The position numbers and the translations under genes are program-made. Positions 12,273 to 26,961 of a stretch of 64,000 nt of DNA are shown piece after piece. Origin of the DNA: Haliotis rufescens (Eukaryota); assembly GCF_023055435.1 (NCBI RefSeq), contig NW_025963857.1:23436001-23500000 (forward strand). The letters run 5' to 3'. The notes below the pieces were generated by a model, which was not told where the DNA came from, ran no database searches, and saw only the letters and a list, made by a program, of their open reading frames with translations. Position 1 is the stretch's first letter. Each line of letters starts with the position of its first letter.

Positions 12273-12889
12273 TCAATAATAGCCGATACCTGAAACAAAA
12301 AAATAGTAGAATAAAGTTGGGATGTATGGATAAGTCACAACGAAGTCTTGAAACTAGCTGCATGATAAACTATACCAAATATTAGAGAAAGCAGAGAATA
12401 GTTTTAAAGATGTTTTGTAAATGTCATCAGCTTTGTCGCTGAAAATAGTAATACCACATAGGTAAATTATGCAATTTTGCAAACGAGACTGGAGGTATAT
12501 TTACGGATACGATAAACAAATGATATCATATTTTGTGAAATACCTTTTCCCAATCCAATTCCGTATCCTCCCATTCCGTAGAGACCACCATAGCCCCCGA
12601 GTCCTCCGTACAGACCTCCCATGCCGTATCCGTATTTGCCTCCGTATAGACCTCCCATGCCTCCGTATATACCTCCCATGCCTCCGTATAGACCTCCCAT
12701 GCCTCCGTATAGACCTCCATAGCCTCCAAGACCTCCAAGACCTCCAAGGCCTCCGTACAATCCACCCATTCCGTAGCCAATTCCGCCCAGTCCTCCTTTC
12801 AACCCGCCAATTCCACCATACAGACCGGTAGGCTCGGCAAAGGCGGTAACAGCCAGGCAGGCAACAAGAGCGGCGACTATCTTCATCAT
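12273..12889 (-). CDS. Secreted Gly/Tyr-rich protein, copy 3, 120 aa; exons 12544..12889 and 12273..12289
   Basis: Same protein and splice sites as copy 1. Confidence 0.9.
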
Positions 12890-15800
12890 TTTGAGTATCT
12901 ATTGAGTAACGGGAAAATTATTGTCAAGAAAGGTAAAATAGCATGTTATCGTTACTCATCTGGTAAATTCAGTTCACACCACTCATTGTGAATTATGTTA
13001 TCAGTTTTGCTTTCACCCGCATTCATATATTTCTCAATTTACAAGAACGTCTTATGTTACATATTCGGACTTTTATGAATTGGCTCAACATAAAGATTGA
13101 AAACAGCCTGATGCGCAGCAGATGAATCAAAAATTAAAAGTATACATATATATCACAAGCAAAATTTAAATTAGTACTTGCAGTTTGGTCTTTACTCGTA
13201 TCTGTGTCTCAACGGCAGGTGAAGATAAGAGATGATGGAACAGTTTCCCCCGTCCTTTATATATACCATTTGTGAATTATACGTGATTGATTTACCTTGG
13301 GCTGACCACTTCCAGGTAAGTAACACACCTCAGCTTAATGGTGTAAAGTAAGCATTCTTTTCGCATCAAAGGGCCCGAGGTTATCACCCTACGGGTACAC
13401 ATGCGAGCTGGTATCCATGAACATCGATTAAGGAAGTACAAGACAACGTATATAAAGGTGGCAAACAGACACACTCTCTCTGGCATCGTCGAACTGCATT
13501 TCAAACAGTCCTCGATACTCAATGTTTAACCTATATTATTTAGGGGCGGTCGGGTAGCCTAGTGGTTAAAGCGTTCGCTCGTTACGCCGAAGACACGGGT
13601 TCGATTTCCGACATGGGTACAATGTGTGTAGCCCATTGCTGGTGTCCCCCGCCGTGATATTGCTGGAATATTGCTAAAAGTGGCGTAAAACCATACTCAC
13701 TCACTCACTTTAACCTATATTAAGTAAATATTCGATAATGGTCTGAAAAGTGTGTATCCAGTAAATATATGATGTGGGAGCAACATACATCAGACATTAT
13801 AATGCATCTGTGTGATACGACATAACATGAGACCAGAAAACTGACGCAACACACCAGTACAGCCTCGCCACAGTACAGCAGTAGCACTGTACCACACGAG
13901 GTCAACTATGCTAACCGTTTCCGTGTAATACAGCAGCCTGCTCACAAGAAAATAGCTTCTGCTGAATATACTGCAGAAGTCCCCAGATACTACATTATTC
14001 TCCCCGAATTTTATTTATCTTACTGCACAATAACTATAAACTACAACAGCTTTATTTCCTAACTGAAAGGGACATATATTGGTTTCTTCTCACAAAGGGA
14101 CTGTCACTATGAATACTCACAACACCTTTATATGTGTGTAGTATCTGTTAAAAGCCGAAAGTACACCAGTGTCTTCTGAAAACATGATTGACATATGAAC
14201 AACAGCTTGTTTTCTCGTCTTTGTTGACTTGTCTTTGTATGTGTTTGTGACGGTAGAACCGATGGGGCAGGATACGCTTACTTTTTGGCAACCGCCAGGT
14301 ATCATCACTATCTGGTTGGTTAGTTGGTTGGTTGGTTGTTTAACGCTGCACTCAGCAATATATTACTGCTATATGACGGCGGTCTGTAAATAATCGAGTC
14401 TGGACCAGACAATCCAGTGATTAAAATCATTAGCATCGATCCACCCAATTGGGATCGATGACATGCATCAACCAAGTCAGCGAGCCTGACCACCCGATCC
14501 CGTTAGTCGCCTTTTACGACAAGCATAGTCACCTTTTACGGCAAGCATGGGTTGCTGAAGACCTATATATTCTACCCCGGAATCCACTATCTGATAGTCA
14601 TTCATACGCACATGCTTGTGATCATTATAGTCGGAATCGTACAATGGTCTCTGCTTCGAGCAGAGCTTTCGAATGATTCTGAAAAGGGTTTTGTGGCGTT
14701 TATTTGCAACTGCGTTTCTTGAGAGATCTCTCTTATCTTCAACATATCATCTTGATAATTGTACACTTCATTATCAAGGAATTTGTGATAATACGAGCAT
14801 CACTAAATTTGATATCTCAACTTTTATAGATAACGCCTGAATATTGATATAATAATCATTCAATGATGACCCTTTAACTACATAAATCGTCAACGACAGA
14901 GAATATTCAGGCTCGATTATCTGTTGAAACAGATTTCATTGGGTGTAAAAGGCAAGATTGTGCTAAAATGTATACTGAATATCAGTGATGTCACCAGGTG
15001 TTAGTGAATAGTTCATATTTGTTGGATGTTTCATGAGCTCCTCCGTCCGTTCCATCGTGTGCCAAATTGGGAGAATGTTGTCTTTTGACAATGTCTCAGC
15101 CATTCATACTTTTGCATATATACTTAATCACTGTTGCAAATAACTCACTTTAACGTGTTTTAATCTTCGGCTGAGTCTTAGGTCGTAAACATTAGAAGAA
15201 AGTATATAAATCGTCTCTACCCTTTACGTATGCCCTTGACATGATGAAGCAGTAGTGATAGTGATGATTGTGTTCTTTTAAGTCGTGTTTAGACCAAAAC
15301 TCTTACCAAGAATAAAACACGCGCAAATCAGTTTGACAATGTGTAACTATATAAGGGTTGCCCAGAAAAACCGTACATCTAAAAGTAAAGACGTGTGTTT
15401 TCAGAAGAAAATGCTCTTAAAGTATAACACAAAGGTGTTTTCAAAGATAGACATGATCAAACGACTTGTTTTTACAGTCTGGTTGTTGTTATAAAGACTT
15501 ATGACACGCTTTAAAGTTGGACCATTTATTCCGCTGAATTTCACTCTCTACAGTTACCAAATGCAATCTCCTTTGTATTGATAAATGATTGTCACTTCTG
15601 CTTTGTAATCAAACAATAGGGATATATTAGCTATTTGTTTGTTCATTGTAATCTTCAATCCTACCAATCCAGTTCGGAATCTTCAAATTCGCGCTCTGAT
15701 TTAATCAATATGTATTTTACAAATAGCGCCTACAGGGAAGGTGGTTAGTAAACACACAACTAAATATCTATATAGATACTTCTCCTATTAATTACATAAG

Positions 15801-16737
15801 CAGTATGCAAAATGTTAAATTGCATCATCAAATCAAGAAGTACATGTTTGATGGAAATTACAAATAATTCGTAGTTTGATAAGCTATACCCGGACAAGCG
15901 TATTTAATAGATACTTTTGAATTCAATCGTTTTGTTTGTGTAATTGATAAACTGTAAAGATATGTTATTGTCATGAAAATTCCAACGGTATGCATTCCCT
16001 TCTAACCAAAGCAGTAAGAATCTTGCAACATTTGTTTTGATGCTCTACATCACTATGGCTTTCGGGTTTGTTTTATTGCAGCAGCTCAGATATTATTTAT
16101 ACAAAGCGCCATAACAACATGTAGATTGTATTCTGAATACAACTTTCGCTCATTTTCAAGGACAGCGCACACATTTGCATTTCAATACAGTGCACACTGT
16201 CTACCCCTTGATACCGTCAATGACTGCTTTGACAAAAATTGACACGCCTGCTTATTTGTTTCGCTGCATGTTTTTAAAATGCAAATTGAAATACAGACAG
16301 CCAATTCCAGATATTATGGTACTTCAAATGGCCATCAAACCCTTTCCTGGCAGCCCAAATGATACATTCCCGTGAAACATGAACTCGGGTAAGTGACATT
16401 TGGTGGGAGATATATCAAGCATAAAATCCCTCCTCTTATCATCATGTCCGGTTTCCTCAGGAACTTAATAGCACATTTCAGTAGTTGATATCTTAGCTAG
16501 CAGTAAAACGCAATATCATTGAAGTGTGCTTGGATATTGGTCGACAACACGTACTATGTCCAGAGTGTACAATATGGAGAAACATAGATCACTCTTCCAT
16601 TGTGAACATTCAATTCAGATTAAGATTTTCAAACAAATTTCAAGGCGTAAATAAATATGACAAGATTTTATTGAACCAATTCCATTGGTTTGAGAAAATA
16701 CATAAATAGCCAGCATCACACTGCAGGTGATAATAAC

Positions 16738-17354
16738 TCAATAATAGCCGATACCTGAAACAAAAAAATAGTAGAATAAAGTTGGGATGTATGGATAAGT
16801 CACAACGAAGTCTTGAAACTAGCTGCATGATAAACTATACCAAATATTAGAGAAAGCAGAGAATAGTTTTAAAGATGTTTTGTAAATGTCATCAGCTTTG
16901 TCGCTGAAAATAGTAATACCACATAGGTAAATTATGCAATTTTGCAAACGAGACTGGAGGTATATTTACGGATACGATAAACAAATGATATCATATTTTG
17001 TGAAATACCTTTTCCCAATCCAATTCCGTATCCTCCCATTCCGTAGAGACCACCATAGCCCCCGAGTCCTCCGTACAGACCTCCCATGCCGTATCCGTAT
17101 TTGCCTCCGTATAGACCTCCCATGCCTCCGTATATACCTCCCATGCCTCCGTATAGACCTCCCATGCCTCCGTATAGACCTCCATAGCCTCCAAGACCTC
17201 CAAGACCTCCAAGGCCTCCGTACAATCCACCCATTCCGTAGCCAATTCCGCCCAGTCCTCCTTTCAACCCGCCAATTCCACCATACAGACCGGTAGGCTC
17301 GGCAAAGGCGGTAACAGCCAGGCAGGCAACAAGAGCGGCGACTATCTTCATCAT
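16738..17354 (-). CDS. Secreted Gly/Tyr-rich protein, copy 4, 120 aa; exons 17009..17354 and 16738..16754
   Basis: Same protein and splice sites as copy 1. Confidence 0.9.
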
Positions 17355-20300
17355 TTTGAGTATCTATTGAGTAACGGGAAAATTATTGTCAAGAAAGGTA
17401 AAATAGCATGTTATCGTTACTCATCTGGTAAATTCAGTTCACACCACTCATTGTGAATTATGTTATCAGTTTTGCTTTCACCCGCATTCATATATTTCTC
17501 AATTTACAAGAACGTCTTATGTTACATATTCGGACTTTTATGAATTGGCTCAACATAAAGATTGAAAACAGCCTGATGCGCAGCAGATGAATCAAAAATT
17601 AAAAGTATACATATATATCACAAGCAAAATTTAAATTAGTACTTGCAGTTTGGTCTTTACTCGTATCTGTGTCTCAACGGCAGGTGAAGATAAGAGATGA
17701 TGGAACAGTTTCCCCCGTCCTTTATATATACCATTTGTGAATTATACGTGATTGATTTACCTTGGGCTGACCACTTCCAGGTAAGTAACGCACCTCAGCT
17801 TAATGGTGTAAAGTAAGCATTCTTTTCGCATCAAAGGGCCCGAGGTTATCACCCTACGGGTACACATGCGAGCTGGTATCCATGAACATCGATTAAGGAA
17901 GTACAAGACAACGTATATAAAGGTGGCAAACAGACACACTCTCTCTGGCATCGTCGAACTGCATTTCAAACAGTCCTCGATACTCAATGTTTAACCTATA
18001 TTATTTAGGGGCGGTCGGGTAGCCTAGTGGTTAAAGCGTTCGCTCGTTACGCCGAAGACACGGGTTCGATTTCCGACATGGGTACAATGTGTGTAGCCCA
18101 TTGCTGGTGTCCCCCGCCGTGATATTGCTGGAATATTGCTAAAAGTGGCGTAAAACCATACTCACTCACTCACTTTAACCTATATTAAGTAAATATTCGA
18201 TAATGGTCTGAAAAGTGTGTATCCAGTAAATATATGATGTGGGAGCAACATACATCAGACATTATAATGCATCTGTGTGATACGACATAACATGAGACCA
18301 GAAAACTGACGCAACACACCAGTACAGCCTCGCCACAGTACAGCAGTAGCACTGTACCACACGAGGTCAACTATGCTAACCGTTTCCGTGTAATACAGCA
18401 GCCTGCTCACAAGAAAATAGCTTCTGCTGAATATACTGCAGAAGTCCCCAGATACTACGTTATTCTCCCCGAATTTTATTTATCTTACTGCACAATAACT
18501 ATAAACTACAACAGCTTTATTTCCTAACTGAAAGGGACATATATTGGTTTCTTCTCACAAAGGGACTGTCACTATGAATACTCACAACACCTTTATATGT
18601 GTGTAGTATCTGTTAAAAGCCGAAAGTACACCAGTGTCTTCTGAAAACATGATTGACATATGAACAACAGCTTGTTTTCTCGTCTTTGTTGACTTGTCTT
18701 TGTATGTGTTTGTGACGGTAGAACCGATGGGGCAGGATACGCTTACTTTTTGGCAACCGCCAGGTATCATCACTATCTGGTTGGTTAGTTGGTTGGTTGG
18801 TTGTTTAACGCTGCACTCAGCAATATATTACTGCTATATGACGGCGGTCTGTAAATAATCGAGTCTGGACCAGACAATCCAGTGATTAAAATCATTAGCA
18901 TCGATCCACCCAATTGGGATCGATGACATGCATCAACCAAGTCAGCGAGCCTGACCACCCGATCCCGTTAGTCGCCTTTTACGACAAGCATAGTCACCTT
19001 TTACGGCAAGCATGGGTTGCTGAAGACCTATATATTCTACCCCGGAATCCACTATCTGATAGTCATTCATACGCACATGCTTGTGATCATTATAGTCGGA
19101 ATCGTACAATGGTCTCTGCTTCGAGCAGAGCTTTCGAATGATTCTGAAAAGGGTTTTGTGGCGTTTATTTGCAACTGCGTTTCTTGAGAGAACTCTCTTA
19201 TCTTCAACATATCATCTTGATAATTGTACACTTCATTATCAAGGAATTTGTGATAATACGAGCATCACTAAATTTGATATCTCAACTTTTATAGATAACG
19301 CCTGAATATTGATATAATAATCATTCAATGATGACCCTTTAACTACATAAATCGTCAACGACAGAGAATATTCAGGCTCGATTATCTGTTGAAACAGATT
19401 TCATTGGGTGTAAAAGGCAAGATTGTGCTAAAATGTATACTGAATATCAGTGATGTCACCAGGTGTTAGTGAATAGTTCATATTTGTTGGATGTTTCATG
19501 AGCTCCTCCGTCCGTTCCATCGTGTGCCAAATTGGGAGAATGTTGTCTTTTGACAATGTCTCAGCCATTCATACTTTTGCATATATACTTAATCACTGTT
19601 GCAAATAACTCACTTTAACGTGTTTTAATCTTCGGCTGAGTCTTAGGTCGTAAACATTAGAAGAAAGTATATAAATCGTCTCTACCCTTTACGTATGCCC
19701 TTGACATGATGAAGCAGTAGTGATAGTGATGATTGTGTTCTTTTAAGTCGTGTTTAGACCAAAACTCTTACCAAGAATAAAACACGCGCAAATCAGTTTG
19801 ACAATGTGTAACTATATAAGGGTTGCCCAGAAAAACCGTACATCTAAAAGTAAAGACGTGTGTTTTCAGAAGAAAATGCTCTTAAAGTATAACACAAAGG
19901 TGTTTTCAAAGATAGACATGATCAAACGACTTGTTTTTACAGTCTGGTTGTTGTTATAAAGACTTATGACACGCTTTAAAGTTGGACCATTTATTCCGCT
20001 GAATTTCACTCTCTACAGTTACCAAATGCAATCTCCTTTGTATTGATAAATGATTGTCACTTCTGCTTTGTAATCAAACAATAGGGATATATTAGCTATT
20101 TGTTTGTTCATTGTAATCTTCAATCCTACCAATCCAGTTCGGAATCTTCAAATTCGCGCTCTGATTTAATCAATATGTATTTTACAAATAGCGCCTACAG
20201 GGAAGGTGGTTAGTAAACACACAACTAAATATCTATATAGATACTTCTCCTATTAATTCCATAAGCAGTATGCAAAATGTTAAATTGCATCATCAAATCA

Positions 20301-21202
20301 AGAAGTACATGTTTGATGGAAATTACAAATAATTCGTAGTTTGATAAGCTATACCCGGACAAGCGTATTTAATAGATACTTTTGAATTCAATCGTTTTGT
20401 TTGTGTAATTGATAAACTGTAAAGATATGTTATTGTCATGGAAATTCCAACTGTATGCATTCCCTTCTAACCAAAGCAGTAAGAATCTTGCAACATTTGT
20501 TTTGATGCTCTACATCACTATGGCTTTCGGGTTTGTTTTATTGCAGCAGCTCAGATATTATTTATACAAAGCGCCATAACAACATGTAGATTGTATTCTG
20601 AATACAACTTTCGCTCATTTTCAAGGACAGCGCACACATTTGCATTTCAATACAGTGCACACTGTCTACCCCTTGATACCGTCAATGACTGCTTTGACAA
20701 AAATTGACACGCCTGCTTATTTGTTTCGCTGCATGTTTTTAAAATGCAAATTGAAATACAGACAGCCAATTCCAGATATTATGGTACTTCAAATGGCCAT
20801 CAAACCCTTTCCTGGCAGCCCAAATGATACATTCCCGTGAAACATGAACTCGGGTAAGTGACATTTGGTGGGAGATATATCAAGCATAAAATCCCTCCTC
20901 TTATCATCATGTCCGGTTTCCTCAGGAACTTAATAGCACATTTCAGTAGTTGATATCTTAGCTAGCAGTAAAACGCAATATCATTGAAGTGTGCTTGGAT
21001 ATTGGTCGACAACACGTACTATGTCCAGAGTTTACAATACGGAGAAACATAGATCACTCTTCCATTGTGAACATTCAATTCAGATTAAGATTTTCAAACA
21101 AATTTCAAGGCGTAAATAAATATGACAAGATTTTATTGAACCAATTCCATTGGTTTGAGAAAATACATAAATAGCCAGCATCACACTGCAGGTGATAATA
21201 AC

Positions 21203-21819
21203 TCAATAATAGCCGATACCTGAAACAAAAAAATAGTAGAAAAAAGTTGGGATGTATGGATAAGTCACAACGAAGTCTTGAAACTAGCTGCATGATAAAC
21301 TATACCAAATATTAGAGAAAGCAGAGAATAGTTTTAAAGATGTTTTGTAAATGTCATCAGCTTTGTCGCTGAAAATAGTAATACCACATAGGTAAATTAT
21401 GCAATTTTGCAAACGAGACTGGAGGTATATTTACGGATACGATAAACAAATGATATCATATTTTGTGAAATACCTTTTCCCAATCCAATTCCGTATCCTC
21501 CCATTCCGTAGAGACCACCATAGCCCCCGAGTCCTCCGTACAGACCTCCCATGCCGTATCCGTATTTGCCTCCGTATAGACCTCCCATGCCTCCGTATAT
21601 ACCTCCCATGCCTCCGTATAGACCTCCCATGCCTCCGTATAGACCTCCATAGCCTCCAAGACCTCCAAGACCTCCAAGGCCTCCGTACAATCCACCCATT
21701 CCGTAGCCAATTCCGCCCAGTCCTCCTTTCAACCCGCCAATTCCACCATACAGACCGGTAGGCTCGGCAAAGGCGGTAACAGCCAGGCAGGCAACAAGAG
21801 CGGCGACTATCTTCATCAT
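21203..21819 (-). CDS. Secreted Gly/Tyr-rich protein, copy 5, 120 aa; exons 21474..21819 and 21203..21219
   Basis: Same protein and splice sites as copy 1. Confidence 0.9.
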
Positions 21820-24122
21820 TTTGAGTATCTATTGAGTAACGGGAAAATTATTGTCAAGAAAGGTAAAATAGCATGTTATCGTTACTCATCTGGTAAATTC
21901 AGTTCACACCACTCATTGTGAATTATGTTATCAGTTTTGCTTTCACCCGCATTCATATATTTCTCAATTTACAAGAACGTCTTATGTTACATATTCGGAC
22001 TTTTATGAATTGGCTCAACATAAAGATTGAAAACAGCCTGATGCGCAGCAGATGAATCAAAAATTAAAAGTATACATATATATCACAAGCAAAATTTAAA
22101 TTAGTACTTGCAGTTTGGTCTTTACTCGTATCTGTGTCTCAACGGCAGGTGAAGATAAGAGATGATGGAACAGTTTCCCCCGTCCTTTATATATACCATT
22201 TGTGAATTATACGTGATTGATTTACCTTGGGCTGACCACTTCCAGGTAAGTAACGCACCTCAGCTTAATGGTGTAAAGTAAGCATTCTTTTCGCATCAAA
22301 GGGCCCGAGGTTATCACCCTACGGGTACACATGCGAGCTGGTATCCATGAACATCGATTAAGGAAGTACAAGACAACGTATATAAAGGTGGCAAACAGAC
22401 ACACTCTCTCTGGCATCGTCGAACTGCATTTCAAACAGTCCTCGATACTCAATGTTTAACCTATATTATTTAGGGGCGGTCGGGTAGCCTAGTGGTTAAA
22501 GCGTTCGCTCGTTACGCCGAAGACACGGGTTCGATTTCCGACATGGGTACAATGTGTGTAGCCCATTGCTGGTGTCCCCCGCCGTGATATTGCTGGAATA
22601 TTGCTAAAAGTGGCGTAAAACCATACTCACTCACTCACTTTAACCTATATTAAGTAAATATTCGATAATGGTCTGAAAAGTGTGTATCCAGTAAATATAT
22701 GATGTGGGAGCAACATACATCAGACATTATAATGCATCTGTGTGATACGACATAACATGAGACCAGAAAACTGACGCAACACACCAGTACAGCCTCGCCA
22801 CAGTACAGCAGTAGCACTGTACCACACGAGGTCAACTATGCTAACCGTTTCCGTGTAATACAGCAGCCTGCTCACAAGAAAATAGCTTCTGCTGAATATA
22901 CTGCAGAAGTCCCCAGATACTACATTATTCTCCCCGAATTTTATTTATCTTACTGCACAATAACTATAAACTACAACAGCTTTATTTCCTAACTGAAAGG
23001 GACATATATTGGTTTCTTCTCACAAAGGGACTGTCACTATGAATACTCACAACACCTTTATATGTGTGTAGTATCTGTTAAAAGCCGAAAGTACACCAGT
23101 GTCTTCTGAAAACATGATTGACATATGAACAACAGCTTGTTTTCTCGTCTTTGTTGACTTGTCTTTGTATGTGTTTGTGACGGTAGAACCGATGGGGCAG
23201 GATACGCTTACTTTTTGGCAACCGCCAGGTATCATCACTATCTGGTTGGTTAGTTGGTTGGTTGGTTGTTTAACGCTGCACTCAGCAATATATTACTGCT
23301 ATATGACGGCGGTCTGTAAATAATCGAGTCTGGACCAGACAATCCAGTGATTAAAATCATTAGCATCGATCCACCCAATTGGGATCGATGACATGCATCA
23401 ACCAAGTCAGCGAGCCTGACCACCCGATCCCGTTAGTCGCCTTTTACGACAAGCATAGTCACCTTTTACGGCAAGCATGGGTTGCTGAAGACCTATATAT
23501 TCTACCCCGGAATCCACTATCTGATAGTCATTCATACGCACATGCTTGTGATCATTATAGTCGGAATCGTACAATGGTCTCTGCTTCGAGCAGAGCTTTC
23601 GAATGATTCTGAAAAGGGTTTTGTGGCGTTTATTTGCAACTGCGTTTCTTGAGAGAACTCTCTTATCTTCAACATATCATCTTGATAATTGTTCACTTCA
23701 TTATCAAGGAATTTGTGATAATACGAGCATCACTAAATTTGATATCTCAACTTTTATAGATAACGCCTGAATATTGATATAATAATCATTCAATGATGAC
23801 CCTTTAACTACATAAATCGTCAACGACAGAGAATATTCAGCCTCGATTATCTGTTGAAACAGATTTCATTGGGTGTAAAAGGCAAGATTGTGCTAAAATG
23901 TATACTGAATATCAGTGATGTCACCAGGTGTTAGTGAATAGTTCATATTTGTTGGATGTTTCATGAGCTCCTCCGTCCGTTCCATCGTGTGCCAAATTGG
24001 GAGAATGTTGTCTTTTGACAATGTCTCAGCCATTCATACTTTTGCATATATACTTAATCACTGTTGCAAATAACTCACTTTAACGTGTTTTAATCTTCGG
24101 CTGAGTCTTAGGTCGTAAACAT

Positions 24123-24349
24123 TTACATTTAGTACTGACTACTAAATGACTTTATCGCGCGTATCCAAACCATGGGCTAATTACATCTGTAACCCAATCA
24201 CCCCCCGTAACTCAATCACCCCGGGCCACCACTCGGCACCGTGCCCGGGGAATAATCCCGCGCAAGCATCATCCCGCCCTTTGTTAGTCCGTCATTCGCG
24301 AACAGCCCTTCCCCAAGTACACACGTGTGTCACTGTATCTAATCGCTTT
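24123..24349 (+). repeat. Split direct repeat A1 (227 bp); copies at 28021-28247, 29199-29425 and 30377-30603
   Basis: Direct sequence identity from TTACATTTAG to CTAATCGCTTT. Confidence 0.95.
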
Positions 24350-24526
24350 ATTCCAACACTCGCCGTATCGCATTTACACAATCGCGACCTTTTCGCCGAT
24401 TATGCTTTGAATACCACCTATTCCAGCACTCGCCGTATCGCATTTATTCCGTTCTACTCCCGAACTTCACCCTCGGGACAATTTTACGCTTGTGGAATAC
24501 CAACTCACCACCTCGACCTTTTCGTA

Positions 24527-25614
24527 ATGCCTCCCAAGAGAAGAGCAGCCGTCAACCACAAGCTTGTGAGGGGAGCCAAGCAGGCCAGGACAACCAGAAG
24601 ACAAACCCCGGGAGTACACATTGTACAGGAGGCAACAGCTGATGGTGAGTCTGCCAATTACGGAAATATCGAAGGTGGCAACAGAATTAACGTACAATCG
24701 GCGCAGCTTGTAAATGCCGCGCAGGCTGCCAACTCGGCTACCCAGGTAAACGAGCAACTGGAAAAATACTCCAGTTGCTGGAACATTCAGCGCCCGGCCC
24801 GGTTAGCGCAAACCAACAGGTAAGGCTTGGTTTTAGTTCTCCCGCCATTTCGCCCAACATAGGGAGAATCCCCGATGCTTACAACGAGGCCGACGGTGAC
24901 GCGGCTTGGCCAGCCAATCACATCGCAGGATACGGGGATTCCCTTTCTTTCCGTGCGGACGGAATAGACGCGCACGTCAAACAAACGGTGAGGGAAAAAA
25001 TCTGGCGTGGCGTGTATGTCGACCTCGGCACAATCCTACCAAACACCGAGGGAAGTCACGAGGACGGTACGATTACCATGGCGTACGACTCCTCAGGTAA
25101 GGTAATTTTTAAACCAATAAAGCAGCAACCAAAGCGCCTGTCCCTGGCAAGCTGGACTTCAGCTTTCCACATTTTCATGTGTATATATGTTAGTAGGCAC
25201 TCCGAGGTCCGCACAACCCAGGGGTTGCTGTCCTACATGGAAACAATAAGAACGGCGGCACTTCGATTCGGGGGGGATGCCTGGTCAACCTACGACCAAC
25301 AATTCCGACACAGAATGTCAAGGGACCCCTCACGACGCTGGGACAACATCGACGGGGAGTTGTGGCTGAAGTACATGGTAACACAGCCGGTACTACAACC
25401 AGAATCAGGCGGACGGGGCGCAATGACACGCGTACAGGGGGACATCGCCAGTCAGGTATGCTGGGATTTCAATAAATTTGGCTGTAGCAGGGTCAACTGT
25501 AAGTACACTCACAAATGCGGTAAGTGTGGCAAACATTCCCATAGCTCTAGGACCTGCTTTCGAGGGAATGGGGTCCAACCGACCCCATACAAGCCCAATC
25601 AGCCTTTTGCCTAA
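24527..25614 (+). pseudogene. gag: Gag-like ORF1 of the Ngaro element, with one frameshift at ~24762-24766
   Basis: Begins MPPKRRAA at ATG 24527. Adding one A to the A-run restores EKILQLLEH into the 24775-25614 frame. Contains KIWRGVYVDL, SWTSAFHIF and WSTYDQQFR motifs, and a C-terminal C-x7-C-x4-C-x3-H-x-C-x2-C-x4-H-x4-C zinc finger. Confidence 0.85.
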
Positions 25615-25646
25615 CAGAAAACCAGCCGTCAAGGCAGGTAAATTCA

Positions 25647-26961
25647 ATGGCCCCTTCCCCCGTGGATCTCAATGAAATGGCACCCTGGTTACGCCAATAT
25701 GCTAGGGTCAATTACAGAGATGCAAATTATTTATGGGTAGGTTTTAGCTCTGGCTTTAAGCTCGAGTTCCAGGGAAGCCGCACGGGTCGCCTGGCACGAA
25801 ACTTGCGATCAGCCACGCACCAAGACACGGCAGGCTACGTGAAACAAAAACTACAAAAGGAAGTCGACCTTGGCAGGATGGCGGGCCCCTTCAAGGACAC
25901 CCCCCCTAGACAACCTCCAAGTATCCCCAATAGGCCTGGTGCCCAAGAAGCAGCCAGGATATGGTCAGCACCTGGGTAAGCATGCGGAGGAATTCCGTCT
26001 AATTCACCATCTATCCTATCCAAGGGGTAAATCTATAAATAACTTCATAGACACAGAGGCCTGCTCCGTTGTGTACGCCAGATTTGATGAAGCTACCCAT
26101 ATGGTTCAACAACTGGGAAAGGGAGCACTACTAGCAAAATTCGACATTCAGTCGGCCTTTAGAATTATACCAGTCCACCCATCCGATTTCGAGCTGCTAG
26201 GCATCAGATTCGAAGGTGAGTTCTATTTCGATAAATGCCTACCATTTGGCTGCTCCATATCTTGCGCCATATTTGAAACGTTTAGTACCTTCTTGCAATG
26301 GTGCATGCAATCGCATCTTCCAACGTGTCCGATCATGCATTACCTGGATGACTTCCTAACGGGGGGCACAGCAGGCACCAGCCACTGCTCAGACAACCTC
26401 AACGGATGCGTGAATACACTAGAACAGCTTGGGGTTCCTACTGCGCACGACAAGACGGTGGGCCCCACAACCAAACTGACATTCCTAGGGCTGGAAATCG
26501 ACACCATTGCAATGCAGATCAGAATCCCAGAGTCCAAGATCAAGGAGGCAACAAGGGAAATCCAAGACATCCTGTCAACAGGTAACATCAAGGTCACAAA
26601 AAGGGCCCTTCAGTCCCTCATAGGCAAGCTTAACTTTATGTGCAGGGCTATACCAATAGCAAGGGCATTCAGCCGCAGGCTAACCGATCTGCTTAGCAAA
26701 GGTAAGCAACCATTTCACCACATTAGGATTACCAGCTGGGTCAAGGAAGACCTACAAATGTGGTTAACATTTCTTACGAGTTATAAAGGCATTTCAGTGT
26801 TTCAGGACCAACTATGGGTGGACAGCGATTTCCTCCAGCTGTTTTCAGACGCAGCGGGTGGCGCCGGCTTTGGGGCCTACATGCAGGGCAAATGGTTTAA
26901 CGGCGCATGGCCACCCCAGTGGGTGACGGATGGAACTACACGGGACTTGACGCTACCTTGA
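25647..26961 (+). pseudogene. pol: Reverse transcriptase plus truncated RNase H, with one frameshift in the C7 run at 25900-25906
   Basis: GRMAGPF / SPIGLVPKK, FRLIHHLSYP, AKFDIQSAFRIIPV, CLPFGCSISC, HYLDDFL and LTFLGLEID. RNase H starts at LFSDAAGGAGFGAY and breaks off at DLTL, before the expected catalytic Glu. Confidence 0.92.
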
